The notes under the pieces are model-generated. The model did not search any database and was not told where the DNA came from. It saw only the letters and a list, made by a program, of their open reading frames with translations. Position numbers and translations under genes: made by a program. A DNA stretch of 64,000 nucleotides from a virus (Duplodnaviria; Heunggongvirae; Uroviricota; Caudoviricetes): the IMG/VR virus record IMGVR_UViG_3300044678_002996, positions 17,301-81,300 of that record; one strand, written 5' to 3'. Shown one piece after another: positions 18,065 through 27,654 of the stretch. Position 1 is the first letter of the stretch. Each line of letters starts with the position of its first letter.

Positions 18065-18965
18065 TTTTGAAAACGATTAAATCCTTCAATTGGGCAGAAA
18101 GCTTATCTACTTCGTTAAGCTCTTTTTCAGTAGGATTTTCTATTATTTCTACTTCAACATTAGGCTCAGGAAATACTAGCACAATGTTTTGTATACCGTC
18201 ATCTACAAACTTTGAATGCGAAACAGCTTGGGCCTGTGCCGCGTAAGACTCTAGGTCTGGGGGTTCGTTCTTGATCTCAATATTAAGGGCTTTGTATATC
18301 GCCCGCTCAATATTCGCCTTGACTTCTACCACAGAATATAACTTGGCTGGGGCCATGACAATGAAGTATGGATCAAGCTTGGCGAAAAGTGCTACTCCGT
18401 CAACTTCTGACATAATTTTTTCGAAGTTCGGTATAGACGTTATCTTAAAACCTTTGAGGTGACCAACCTTAAGTTCATACAAATTAACTGGAGACAAAGG
18501 ATTTTCGGCTAAAAATCTGCCCCACGGGGTGTGATGTATCTGTCGTGCCTGATTCATCTGCCCAAACATCATATCAAGACCACGCATATTTTCATCGTCA
18601 TCTTCAAAGACTATATCTTCGTCGTCATCATCTTCTTCTTTTTCGTCATTAGTACGTTCGATATAGTTTAGCTTAAAATCTTCCCAAATTATCTGCGGCA
18701 TATCTTCTATCTCCGATCGTTTTTGTGTGCCCGGAACTTGTATGATTTCTCCATTATGGGCGATTAGCAGATTTTTAAGCATATCGTTACCAGCCATTGT
18801 AGTTATGACATCAATCATTTTCTTCGAAGAGTATTTAACACTAAGAAGTAATGATTTAGGCGACATACTAATAGTAAGGTACTGAAAACGCTTTTCTAAT
18901 CGCGACGCCATCTTGTGCAGAAAAGCTGCTGTTGATGTTAGCAAGCTTATAATTAGGTTTTTCAT
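18039..18965 (-). CDS. hypothetical protein with a poly-acidic tract
   Basis: 308 aa with EEDDDDEDIVFEDDDE. Confidence 0.45.
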   Translation of the reverse strand: MKNLIISLLTSTAAFLHKMASRLEKRFQYLTISMSPKSLLLSVKYSSKKMIDVITTMAGNDMLKNLLIAHNGEIIQVPGTQKRSEIEDMPQIIWEDFKLNYIERTNDEKEEDDDDEDIVFEDDDENMRGLDMMFGQMNQARQIHHTPWGRFLAENPLSPVNLYELKVGHLKGFKITSIPNFEKIMSEVDGVALFAKLDPYFIVMAPAKLYSVVEVKANIERAIYKALNIEIKNEPPDLESYAAQAQAVSHSKFVDDGIQNIVLVFPEPNVEVEIIENPTEKELNEVDKLSAQLKDLIVFKNGELYEQK

Positions 18966-19218
18966 CTAAAAATTCCTTTGGATGTAGTAATGTATAATAC
19001 ACTGAGATTTCGGGCCATATCGAGAAATCTACAAGTTTTATTGGGAAATAAGTAAGAGATCCGCCAGCGTGTTTCAGCATATCTTTTAATATTTCGTCAA
19101 CATCGCCTTGATTCTCTGGCTCAGATATTGTGAACTTGGGCAATTGACCATCTTTTAATAGGATTGAGATGGCCCCAGAGTTGTCTATAGCTTTAACTAT
19201 CATCTTCACATTCATCAT
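18868..19218 (-). CDS. hypothetical protein
   Basis: 116-aa ORF overlapping its neighbour. Confidence 0.35.
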   Translation of the reverse strand: MMNVKMIVKAIDNSGAISILLKDGQLPKFTISEPENQGDVDEILKDMLKHAGGSLTYFPIKLVDFSIWPEISVYYTLLHPKEFLDEKPNYKLANINSSFSAQDGVAIRKAFSVPYY

Positions 19219-20284
19219 CTTGATCCTCCTCTAGTATACTTATCATAGTACTAGCAGCGTGTCCCCAAGTAAATTTCTTAGCCATATTTTCTGCTGGTGC
19301 CGATAATATTTTTCCACTCTTGTAGTCTTCTAGCACAGTCCACATAGCAGAAATCAAGTCATCCTCTGAGTAGCTACACCATTCGCCACAGTTTGTGGGC
19401 GAGTCTTCTCTAAACCACATATTATCTACGGCGGGCACTAAGCCAGTCGGCTCTAGTAGATGGGTGGTTTCTTTATTTGTGAACTCGGTATGCCCGCTGT
19501 AATTCGTGGCTATTGAGAACTTTCCACAGCCCATAGCTTCGAGTAGTGGAAGATTCCAGCCTTCGGCGAGTGAAGGGGCGACGAAGCAGTATGACTGTTG
19601 TACAATTCTAGCTAAATCAAATGGGGATTCCACTCGCCCGATTATTTTAAGGCGATCGCCCAAGAGATCTTTGTACGCTTTCTTTTTCTGGTCAACAAAG
19701 TCTTTTATAAATTTGTTGTCGCAACTTAACCACAGTTCCACATTATCTTGTTCAGCAAACGCTTTGTGAAACGCCAGTACTATTTGGTCTTGTTGTTTTC
19801 TTACTTCCCACTTGCCAATAGATAGGAACACGCATTTGGGTGGCATGTATTTGTGCGGCGTGAACACATCATTATTGTATCCTGCGTTACAAATGCGTAT
19901 TGGTGTGTTTACTCCATTTTGCCTATATACTTCCGCCTGCCATTCGGTCGGCACGATTACCATTTCAAGTGAATTAAGGTGATTCTTTTCTATGGGGGTC
20001 AGTCGATTGAGTTCAGAGAATGTGTAACCGTATCTCTTGCCTAACCCAATACCTATAGCCATATCAAATTGGTGGGCAATTCTTAATGATGGGGCACAGA
20101 TATCAAACATTGGGGCGATGTCGAGCTTTTTGCGGACTAATGCATTGAACTCTCCGCAATCTCCCTGAGGTGATGAGTGGAGGTTAATGGCGGAGCAATA
20201 TCTGTCCATCTGTTTAAGAAGGTTCAGAGTTACTAACCCGTAGCTAGTTTGATTAGTGATATATCCAGTTAGGTTTATTTCCAT
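19193..20284 (-). CDS. glycosyltransferase, GT4 (GT-B, group 1) family
   Basis: C-terminal SLAEGWNLPLLEAMGCGKFSIATN matches the GT4 E-x7-E region. Confidence 0.7.
   Translation of the reverse strand: MEINLTGYITNQTSYGLVTLNLLKQMDRYCSAINLHSSPQGDCGEFNALVRKKLDIAPMFDICAPSLRIAHQFDMAIGIGLGKRYGYTFSELNRLTPIEKNHLNSLEMVIVPTEWQAEVYRQNGVNTPIRICNAGYNNDVFTPHKYMPPKCVFLSIGKWEVRKQQDQIVLAFHKAFAEQDNVELWLSCDNKFIKDFVDQKKKAYKDLLGDRLKIIGRVESPFDLARIVQQSYCFVAPSLAEGWNLPLLEAMGCGKFSIATNYSGHTEFTNKETTHLLEPTGLVPAVDNMWFREDSPTNCGEWCSYSEDDLISAMWTVLEDYKSGKILSAPAENMAKKFTWGHAASTMISILEEDQDDECEDDS
20135..20152 (-). repeat. co-oriented motif copy (TTTTTGCGGACTAATG variant)
   Basis: Inside the GT4 gene. Confidence 0.35.
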
Positions 20285-20300
20285 TTTTCCTCCAATAAAA

Positions 20301-20335
20301 AACTCCGGCTATTTCTAGCCGGAGTTCGTTCGTTA
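20301..20335 (-). terminator. intrinsic terminator (minus strand)
   Basis: 11-bp stem AACTCCGGCTA/TAGCCGGAGTT with loop TTTC, followed on the minus strand by TTTTTTATT. Confidence 0.6.
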
Positions 20336-20338
20336 AAA

Positions 20339-20740
20339 TTAGTCCATCAAATCGGCGATGTGATCCATATCACCAATACCTGCGGCGGTTTTTGTCAAAG
20401 CTGGGAATTGGCTAAGAATTTGACGTCTCAGCTCAATTTGCTCCTTAGAACGCTTTTTACCAGTACGCCCAAAGATCTCGTTAGGATCTGCAACTTGAAA
20501 TCTAACCTTTGCGACATGGTCGCGAATAGGGTTAAATACAGTTGTTCTGAAATTTTGGGCCAGATTGATAGCCTTCTTTTCATCTTCTGAAGTGTGGCCT
20601 GTAATAGCCATGCATTCTTGCATAGTTACATCAGGCTTTTCTTTTTTAGCTGCGATAATAAAACGCTGCATAGCTCGCGTCTTATTGCCGCCAACTTCTG
20701 TCAAACATCGTTCAAACATTTTCTGCAGATCAACTTCCAT
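20339..20740 (-). CDS. hypothetical protein
   Basis: 133-aa ORF followed by the terminator. Confidence 0.45.
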   Translation of the reverse strand: MEVDLQKMFERCLTEVGGNKTRAMQRFIIAAKKEKPDVTMQECMAITGHTSEDEKKAINLAQNFRTTVFNPIRDHVAKVRFQVADPNEIFGRTGKKRSKEQIELRRQILSQFPALTKTAAGIGDMDHIADLMD

Positions 20741-20930
20741 AAAACACCATCAACTTTCTAATAAACCAACGGTTATTAACAACCCAAACAAAGGGGATAG
20801 CACAATACTTCCCCAACTGTGTATCGAATGATACAACTCTGTATGAACAGTCATCAAACTGTCCACCCATACTCCAAATTTGTACAGCAAGAAAATAAAT
20901 GCTGTGCTAAGTATCCAAGTGAAACAAAAA

Positions 20931-21719
20931 CTAAGAATAGACTTCATTCTTAAATGGCCCTTCCTTAAAGTATTGTTTGAAATTTTGTATTAAGTCTGCG
21001 GGATTTTTACGCAATGGCTTAGGGGTAAGTGAGATGTTATTTCCATGCCACACATAGTTACAGACTGTCTCATTTACAAATATAAATTCTCCGCCCATTT
21101 CTGGTATTTGCTTATACAGCTCCCAGTCACATGCGTTAATCGCTAAACACGGCTTTATTTCGCCGTAAATTTCTGCTGAATAAATGAATTGCCCATTGTC
21201 TAGGCCGACCCTACGTGGATCTTGAGCCCGTGAATTTACCACCTTCAGTTCCCTGAAAACATTTTCCCCCTCAGCTTTTGCAAGTTCTCTTCTGTTGCCG
21301 AAAGCGAGCAGCGTCCATTCTCTTCTGGGCTGAATAATCGCAGAGTATAGAAGATTTAGCTTATCAGGTTCGGCGAAGCAGTCATCGTCCATTGGGGAAA
21401 CATACAGGCCTGATATATGCGAGATGCCAATATTTCTTGGGATTGAGACCGTCCCAGAATTTTCAGCTAACTCAATCAGCTTTATATTCATACCCATAAG
21501 ATCAACATAGGTTTCGACTATATCTTTGATCAGGTTTGGCTTTGGCGAGCCATCGTCCACTACTATGACTTCAAATTTAGGTGGGTCTTTTTGTTCAGCT
21601 AAAGAGTGTAAAGCCCGCTCCAAATATACTGGCCTTTTATAGGTTGGCAATACCACGCTTACCATATCTGGGTCAAGAGAGTCTATCCACCTGTACATTT
21701 CCCAATTGTTCTGAGTCAT
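20931..21719 (-). CDS. glycosyltransferase family 2 (GT-A)
   Basis: VSVVLPTYKRPVYLERALHSLAEQ...EVIVVDDGSP, typical GT2 N-terminus with a DxD-type motif. Confidence 0.7.
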   Translation of the reverse strand: MTQNNWEMYRWIDSLDPDMVSVVLPTYKRPVYLERALHSLAEQKDPPKFEVIVVDDGSPKPNLIKDIVETYVDLMGMNIKLIELAENSGTVSIPRNIGISHISGLYVSPMDDDCFAEPDKLNLLYSAIIQPRREWTLLAFGNRRELAKAEGENVFRELKVVNSRAQDPRRVGLDNGQFIYSAEIYGEIKPCLAINACDWELYKQIPEMGGEFIFVNETVCNYVWHGNNISLTPKPLRKNPADLIQNFKQYFKEGPFKNEVYS

Positions 21720-21936
21720 TTTTTATCCATTCATCCAAAGCTTTGTTTTGCTGAAAATCCTTTTGTTTTTCCAAAAGTGATTCCAGCGTAATATACGCAC
21801 TTCTTAATAACGCCAAGTAGATACCACAGTATTTCCCATTAGGGCTCATCTTGCATTTTGTCGGATGGCAGCAACCTGACTCTCCGCAGGCACACATGCT
21901 TCGCAATAAGGGTTTTTTTCTATCATACCTCGTCAA
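21673..21936 (-). CDS. hypothetical Cys-rich small protein
   Basis: 87 aa with CACGESGCCHPTKCKMSPNGKYC. Confidence 0.3.
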   Translation of the reverse strand: MTRYDRKKPLLRSMCACGESGCCHPTKCKMSPNGKYCGIYLALLRSAYITLESLLEKQKDFQQNKALDEWIKNDSEQLGNVQVDRLS

Positions 21937-22576
21937 TCCTCATACACTCAAAATTTCTAACCAAGTAGTCAATCTTGTCAAGATGGTCAGCTATTCCGTT
22001 GCCACAATTAAGATGACGGTATTTTGATGTATGTCCGTGGGCCACTATCATGCTGTTTTCATACAGGTTTTCCATGTGGGGCCACTTGTCCGCGAAGTTG
22101 AAATTATAGATGACTGTTTTAATCTTATCTCTGTAAGGCTCAGTCAGACAGAAGTAATTTATGTGGGAATATAGATGTGTGTACCCCAAGTCTATAAGGG
22201 CGTCGATTGTGGGGCCATTAAGACCCCAATGGGGGCCTCTAAATACTTTTGCATATGGAAGCCCAGCCGCGTTAAAGATCGCCTCAGCGGCCCGTATAGA
22301 GCTTACAGCCTCTTGGTAGGTTTTATGTTTCATTTCTTCGGGGGAGTGCAGAAGTCCGTGGACCCCTAGGCATACTCTATCATCTTCCACCATACGCTGT
22401 AATCTCTTACACCACTTCTTATCGTCAAATAGTGGCATTCCTCCGTATTGGGCTGGCACGAAGAAGTTTATCAATATTTCCTCGTATTGCTCATACAGTT
22501 CTTCCATTACGTCTAAGCAGTCTACGTCTGGATTAGGATGGAGGTCATCAAATTCTATACAGCATTTGGTGGGCAT
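21923..22576 (-). CDS. hypothetical protein
   Basis: 217-aa ORF. Confidence 0.45.
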   Translation of the reverse strand: MPTKCCIEFDDLHPNPDVDCLDVMEELYEQYEEILINFFVPAQYGGMPLFDDKKWCKRLQRMVEDDRVCLGVHGLLHSPEEMKHKTYQEAVSSIRAAEAIFNAAGLPYAKVFRGPHWGLNGPTIDALIDLGYTHLYSHINYFCLTEPYRDKIKTVIYNFNFADKWPHMENLYENSMIVAHGHTSKYRHLNCGNGIADHLDKIDYLVRNFECMRIDEV

Positions 22577-22911
22577 ACTAATATTTCTTTCCGTAAGACA
22601 CTTAAATATTGATGGTCATATTTTCCATCGTCCCATTGTATTTTTATGATGTAGTCAAGTCCAAATTGATTAACGTAAGTAACTACACCATATGTTTGCC
22701 TGTTGTTGAAGTCAACTCTAATCGCCCGATAGCCAACTTCTACTGGGGCTTTCTTTTTTTCTTCTACTACTGGCATAGGTGTTTCCATTGACATTGGTGT
22801 AAATTTGCCTTCCATATCAAGGAAAACCGGGTCGAGTTTAAGATCTTTCTTTTTGATCGTTAAGTATTGATCATACATCCCATTATGTTTAAATGTGTAT
22901 TCTGCCATCAC
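22555..22911 (-). CDS. hypothetical protein
   Basis: 118-aa ORF. Confidence 0.4.
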   Translation of the reverse strand: MMAEYTFKHNGMYDQYLTIKKKDLKLDPVFLDMEGKFTPMSMETPMPVVEEKKKAPVEVGYRAIRVDFNNRQTYGVVTYVNQFGLDYIIKIQWDDGKYDHQYLSVLRKEILVCPPNAV

Positions 22912-23450
22912 AGCTTCCTTAAAAGAGCGGATACATTAGCATCAGTATCCATTATGTTCATGATGTGAAAATTGGAGACGAATAATGTTTGCATTCCGTC
23001 CTTAGAAATTCTCCAGTAATCTCCGAATGAGGGCGGCTCGCCGTGGTAGTCTGGACCTTTTGGGCCCCATGGGCTATCCACGATTACGAATCCGTCTCTT
23101 CTCATTATTTGCTTGATGCCGTATGGGACATCCCACACGTTAGGAATATGCTCAATAACTTGGGTAATGATCACAAGATCATAGGGAGTGCCGTCCCACC
23201 AATCTTCTGGGGCTGTAATATCGCCCACTATGTCTGGGTTCCAAGCTTTGTCGAAGTCAAGTGTAGTTACTTCAAACTCTGGGAATAATTCTGGATTATC
23301 CAAACCCGGCTTTCCATTATGCGTTAGAGGGTTTCCCGCCACGCCAACATACAGCATTTGTGGTTTCTTGAGGTGGGCGACTCCTGCCCGTATAATTGGG
23401 GCGTAAGTTGCTACAGCCCGTTCGCAATCCTGTCGTGTCTTGCTCTTCAT
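22908..23450 (-). CDS. SAM-dependent methyltransferase (class I)
   Basis: DLVIITQVIEHIPNVWD...IMRRDGFVIV resembles Methyltransf_11 motifs II-III. Confidence 0.5.
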   Translation of the reverse strand: MKSKTRQDCERAVATYAPIIRAGVAHLKKPQMLYVGVAGNPLTHNGKPGLDNPELFPEFEVTTLDFDKAWNPDIVGDITAPEDWWDGTPYDLVIITQVIEHIPNVWDVPYGIKQIMRRDGFVIVDSPWGPKGPDYHGEPPSFGDYWRISKDGMQTLFVSNFHIMNIMDTDANVSALLRKL

Positions 23451-23983
23451 TGAAATAGTAGATCCTTTTTAAAGTAATTCAGGTCTTTTTTTTGACCATA
23501 TACCACTGTCTCGAAATTACCCCATGTTATTTTAAAGACCTCAAAGTATAATGTTTTCATTATACCATTGTTTAAATAATCTGCGTGCCCTAATGTGCTA
23601 TGTACTATTGCCATTGTGCCGCGTATATCCAGCTCTAAATAACATAGTATTTTATCTTTGGACTTTAACACGAACATTCTATTGTTTGGTGTATATCTGC
23701 TTATTGGCCATTTTTCTTTAGTTATCAAAACTGTTTTGCCAGACAGTAGTTCGTAGTTGAGATTTATCGAGCGGTTTTGCCGGATATTTGTCGAGGTCCA
23801 AATATCGTATAACTGAGCGCTTATAACCTCATTTATTTCCGTCAGTTCTTCAATCACATAAGTTAGTCTTTTAGCTTTATTAATAGACGTTCTAACATCT
23901 ACATCACAAGCTTTTAGATACTCTTCGGGCGTCTTAAATTCAGTCAGATTTAAACATGCGAATTTGTGGCCAGCTTTTGTCAT
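23447..23983 (-). CDS. hypothetical protein
   Basis: 178-aa ORF. Confidence 0.4.
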   Translation of the reverse strand: MTKAGHKFACLNLTEFKTPEEYLKACDVDVRTSINKAKRLTYVIEELTEINEVISAQLYDIWTSTNIRQNRSINLNYELLSGKTVLITKEKWPISRYTPNNRMFVLKSKDKILCYLELDIRGTMAIVHSTLGHADYLNNGIMKTLYFEVFKITWGNFETVVYGQKKDLNYFKKDLLFQ

Positions 23984-24627
23984 TTCATTAATACCGTCAA
24001 ATTGCCCATTGTATTATATTCTTTTGGGGTTATATCTCTATAATGAGGAGATATGTTTTTAATCCCACTAGATTGGTCGCCCTTATAGTCTACGATTATT
24101 AGCAGGCCCTTCCAAGCTAAAAGTCGCCATATTGTATCGTTCACCAGAATCTCTCGTTCTTCTTGAGATATAAAATGGAGCGAACAATGCAGTATGATGT
24201 AGTCGAAATATTGTTCTTCGAAATAGTCCCCAATCTCTCTCATGTCGATAGGACAGATGTCTTCAAGTCCGTAGACTTCTCGCCCGTACTTAGCCTCACC
24301 CAAGTGTATTGTCGTGCCATATACTTCAAAGTCATCCTTCAATTTGGATAACAATTCTCCAGCCCCGCACCCTAGGTCAAGTATTCTTTCGTTATCTACT
24401 TTACACCCCTTTATAAAATTTACTAGCCAATCAAATACCTGTGGCCCGTGAGTTTCTGAGGTTACATAGGGTTTAATAAACCTATTCGTAAGAGGCGACA
24501 TAACTTGAGAGTAGTCTTCTATTCTATCGCCGTATTCATTGGCGAGATGTCCGCGACTCACTTTGCTTATTTCTTTCACACATGCAGAAAGTGGCGTAGC
24601 CTTAAGTTTCTTGTATTTATCTTTCAA
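23980..24627 (-). CDS. SAM-dependent methyltransferase (class I)
   Basis: Motif I ILDLGCGAGELLSKL. Confidence 0.65.
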   Translation of the reverse strand: MKDKYKKLKATPLSACVKEISKVSRGHLANEYGDRIEDYSQVMSPLTNRFIKPYVTSETHGPQVFDWLVNFIKGCKVDNERILDLGCGAGELLSKLKDDFEVYGTTIHLGEAKYGREVYGLEDICPIDMREIGDYFEEQYFDYIILHCSLHFISQEEREILVNDTIWRLLAWKGLLIIVDYKGDQSSGIKNISPHYRDITPKEYNTMGNLTVLMK

Positions 24628-25207
24628 AACAAATATCCTCTCTTGATTCCCAAGCTATATGATACCCATTGTTTTTCAATAGCTTGGTAGTTCTTTCTAG
24701 CCGATATTCTTCAAGATGGGCTTTTTCAAATTCAATCTTCTTAATATCAAATCGCTCAAAATCTATTGAGTTAACAATGATATCATCGTGTCCTTCGGTG
24801 TCTATCTGAAGGTAATCTACTTGATGAGGAATATAATCATTGAGTGTTATGCACGGCACGGTAATTTTAACCAAAGCCTCATAAGCGTGGCCCATTTTGT
24901 ACATATGACTTAGATACATAGACGCATGTTGCGAGCCTTCATTTCCCGGTATATCGTTGTCGATATATAGTTCTACAGTGCGGTCGCAGTCTGACACTGC
25001 CGCCTCCATAATAGTCACATCTTTAAAGCCGTATGCCTTGTAGTTCCTAAGACAAATATGGGCAGCCTTTGGATTTGGTTCAAATAGGAGCAGTGTCCAG
25101 TCTAATGATTCAGGCAAATTTTCTTGACATAAGGCCCACACTGGGTCATTATCAGTTGCCCCTTTGTTAGCGCCAACTTGTACAATAATCACTTGTGCAT
25201 TCTCCAA
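24617..25207 (-). CDS. FkbM-family methyltransferase
   Basis: N-terminal IIVQVGANKGATDND (GANxG) and overall FkbM-like length. Confidence 0.55.
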   Translation of the reverse strand: MENAQVIIVQVGANKGATDNDPVWALCQENLPESLDWTLLLFEPNPKAAHICLRNYKAYGFKDVTIMEAAVSDCDRTVELYIDNDIPGNEGSQHASMYLSHMYKMGHAYEALVKITVPCITLNDYIPHQVDYLQIDTEGHDDIIVNSIDFERFDIKKIEFEKAHLEEYRLERTTKLLKNNGYHIAWESREDICFER

Positions 25208-25295
25208 GTGGTTACTATTGAGTTTATGCCTATCAAAATCATAAAGGTCATCAAGAATGTGAATAGTGGGTTTTTGTCTACAAAATCAAAAAATG

Positions 25296-25661
25296 TCATG
25301 ATTTGCTCTTTCTTATTTCGTCGGTTAATTCTATTAAAGAGTGAAGTCTACCAGATAAATATTGATAGGTTGGATCGGATTGTTTTGACTTGCACTTCTT
25401 AAGGTCTTGGCGAGCTGCCATCACAGCGTCACTTATTATATCTTGTACGCTCTTAGGGTATTCCTCTTCCACTAATTCTTCGGGAAGGTATTCATCCCAA
25501 AGCTCTACAACCGGGTAACAATTTGAACTTGTCTCGCAGTAAGTAATCTTAACGGGAAATCTGCAGGGAGTAAATTCAAAGTCTTGTGCCCATTTTTTGC
25601 GGGCGTGGACAAACAGGAATAGCTCTCGGTCATTGTTAATTGTGGCATGTTCAATGGCCAT
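25296..25661 (-). CDS. hypothetical protein
   Basis: 121-aa ORF. Confidence 0.35.
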   Translation of the reverse strand: MAIEHATINNDRELFLFVHARKKWAQDFEFTPCRFPVKITYCETSSNCYPVVELWDEYLPEELVEEEYPKSVQDIISDAVMAARQDLKKCKSKQSDPTYQYLSGRLHSLIELTDEIRKSKS

Positions 25662-25819
25662 TTAGTAACCCCTTATTGGCACAGAAACTATTTCTAAGAT
25701 AGTGGCGAGAGCCATATCCCGCTCCTCTTTTGTAGCGTTCTCATCTGCTAGTATTTCAAGCATCTGGGTTCCCACGGGCACCAGTGGTTTTTCTAGCGGT
25801 TTGTCTGTTGTGTATTTCT

Positions 25820-26074
25820 TCATGGGATTGGTGGTATCTTTATGTTTAGCCACATTGTTGGATTTGCTAAGATAGGATAAGAATATTGAATGTTTACATA
25901 TTCGTATTTAAGTTCGCCGTTCGCGTAACACTCATACCAAGAGATATCAGATCCCGGAAAGAAGTCAGAAGGAATTGCTGTCCATTTTACATGCCCGCAA
26001 TCTGAGATTACCACAGTCCCATCTTTTGGGGCGGACTCTATTGGGATCCATTCTAAATTCATTTCTTTGTGCAT
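25820..26074 (-). CDS. hypothetical protein
   Basis: 84-aa ORF. Confidence 0.3.
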   Translation of the reverse strand: MHKEMNLEWIPIESAPKDGTVVISDCGHVKWTAIPSDFFPGSDISWYECYANGELKYEYVNIQYSYPILANPTMWLNIKIPPIP

Positions 26075-26258
26075 TTGATATTCATTCTCATACCTATTAA
26101 GATAGCTAATCTATTATTTAGGCAAGCCAAGAAGTGATTTACTTCCATGTTATTATTCAGTTTTTCTACAATTTCATCTGTCATAGATTCTAAAACTAAA
26201 TTTTGGCACTTCATAGCTAGTTCGTTGCAAACTTTAGACCTTGCCTGTGAATCATCCA

Positions 26259-26537
26259 TTATTGTCCAGCCCCGAAACTTAAAGGTTTAGCTAATCGGTA
26301 TTCCAGACCCATACTACATTCGATCTCGATTCTATCTTCTCCGATATAGCCGTTCTCGTATTCATCTTCGCCGTTAATGATCTCTTCCTGAAGTTCATCG
26401 GTCATTTCATCTGCCCGAGGATGGCCGGCTATCATCTCCTCATAATTATTATAGATATACATTGTATATCCGCCATCTTGATTATCTTGGAGGCGTATGA
26501 CTACTGGTATGCTGATAATTTTAACTTTTTCGCTCAT
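26259..26537 (-). CDS. hypothetical acidic protein
   Basis: 92-aa ORF. Confidence 0.3.
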   Translation of the reverse strand: MSEKVKIISIPVVIRLQDNQDGGYTMYIYNNYEEMIAGHPRADEMTDELQEEIINGEDEYENGYIGEDRIEIECSMGLEYRLAKPLSFGAGQ

Positions 26538-26551
26538 GATCTGTTTGCCTT

Positions 26552-26800
26552 CTATTCTATTACCTTCAAAACAGTGAATTCATGTACAGAAGAATTGTAC
26601 GGGGGATGAAACCAATGTGGGGAAATCTCTTCCAGCCTAAAGTCCTGATGCTTATAGACTACTCTGTATCGGCCCGCAGCCTTCTCCATCAATTCTTTGT
26701 CGCCCTCAAGTTTCCATATTGCGGCAGTGTAAATAGCCACAATATCCCCCTCAAAAATTTCTTTCCCATCAATGTCTAGTACGTTTGTATTTCGCATCAC
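26552..26800 (-). CDS. hypothetical protein
   Basis: 82-aa ORF. Confidence 0.3.
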   Translation of the reverse strand: MMRNTNVLDIDGKEIFEGDIVAIYTAAIWKLEGDKELMEKAAGRYRVVYKHQDFRLEEISPHWFHPPYNSSVHEFTVLKVIE

Positions 26801-27459
26801 AAACTCAATTCGTGTTCTACGAATTTATCTTCGTTTTTTGAGACAAATACAAACTTCGCCCAAGCGATGTAATCATTCATAGGCTCACCCCTTTTCTGTC
26901 TGTGGGCCTCTACCATGATAACTATAGCCTTTTTACGTAATTCACTAACTTGGCAGTGTAACTGCACAATATCGCCCATCTGGGCCGCCGCCATAAATTC
27001 GCCCTCAAACTTGTGGGTAACGGCGTGTGTAGCGGTTTTACTGGATACCAGCAATTTTGCCGCGAGCATAGCAGCCGCAATATCCATCTGGGCCATAAAT
27101 TCACCCCCAAAAATCATAGGGATGTGATGATTACAATGTTTGGGCAAAACTGTAAAGTAAGTTGTAAGCTCTTGTTCTTGCATTTCAATACTTTCTACTG
27201 GCCACCAACATACGCCCCTATTGCCGCCAGTCGTGTCTAGCATTTCATTTGGGCGGGTTTTAATTACCTTTATATCTCGCTCTACCTCATAACATTTAGT
27301 TAGAGGGCCTCTTATCTGCCCATATCGTCCAAGTAGCTCTATCTTGTCAAGATCCCCAATTTCATCTATTATTAGACTGAAATCATAGGACATATAAAGT
27401 TTGCCCTTGTATAATACTGAGAAGTCGTCGTCAGTTTGAATTTTAAGATGGCCCAGCAT
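26797..27459 (-). CDS. protein with C-terminal hotdog-fold (acyl-CoA thioesterase-like) domain
   Basis: The C-terminal half (GGEFMAQMDIAAAMLAAKL...THAVTHKFEGEF...GDIVQLHCQVSEL) matches YciA-type thioesterase pattern. Confidence 0.4.
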   Translation of the reverse strand: MLGHLKIQTDDDFSVLYKGKLYMSYDFSLIIDEIGDLDKIELLGRYGQIRGPLTKCYEVERDIKVIKTRPNEMLDTTGGNRGVCWWPVESIEMQEQELTTYFTVLPKHCNHHIPMIFGGEFMAQMDIAAAMLAAKLLVSSKTATHAVTHKFEGEFMAAAQMGDIVQLHCQVSELRKKAIVIMVEAHRQKRGEPMNDYIAWAKFVFVSKNEDKFVEHELSL

Positions 27460-27496
27460 TAACTATGTCCTTTCAGAATGTCCGTGGTTTTGTGCT

Positions 27497-27516
27497 TGTT
27501 TCGCGGACAATTGTAA
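27497..27516 (-). repeat. co-oriented motif copy TTTCGCGGACAATTGT (intergenic, about 44 nt upstream of the start at 27459)
   Basis: Exact GCGGACAATTGT core. Confidence 0.45.
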
Positions 27517-27596
27517 CAATCATCGCACAACCTCAATATTCAAGATTATTGTCATAAGTTATCCAAAAATTTATCGAAAAAGTTAAAACATTTTGT

Positions 27597-27613
27597 CATT
27601 TAGTGTAATATAC
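27597..27613 (+). promoter_or_regulatory. TTTAGTGTAATATACAT motif (third copy) upstream of the HNH homing endonuclease gene
   Basis: Same motif as 12167 and 13813, about 42 nt upstream of the ATG at 27655. Confidence 0.35.
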
Positions 27614-27654
27614 ATTAGAGGGAATTCGCCCAGATTATTTATTAGAGACTAATT

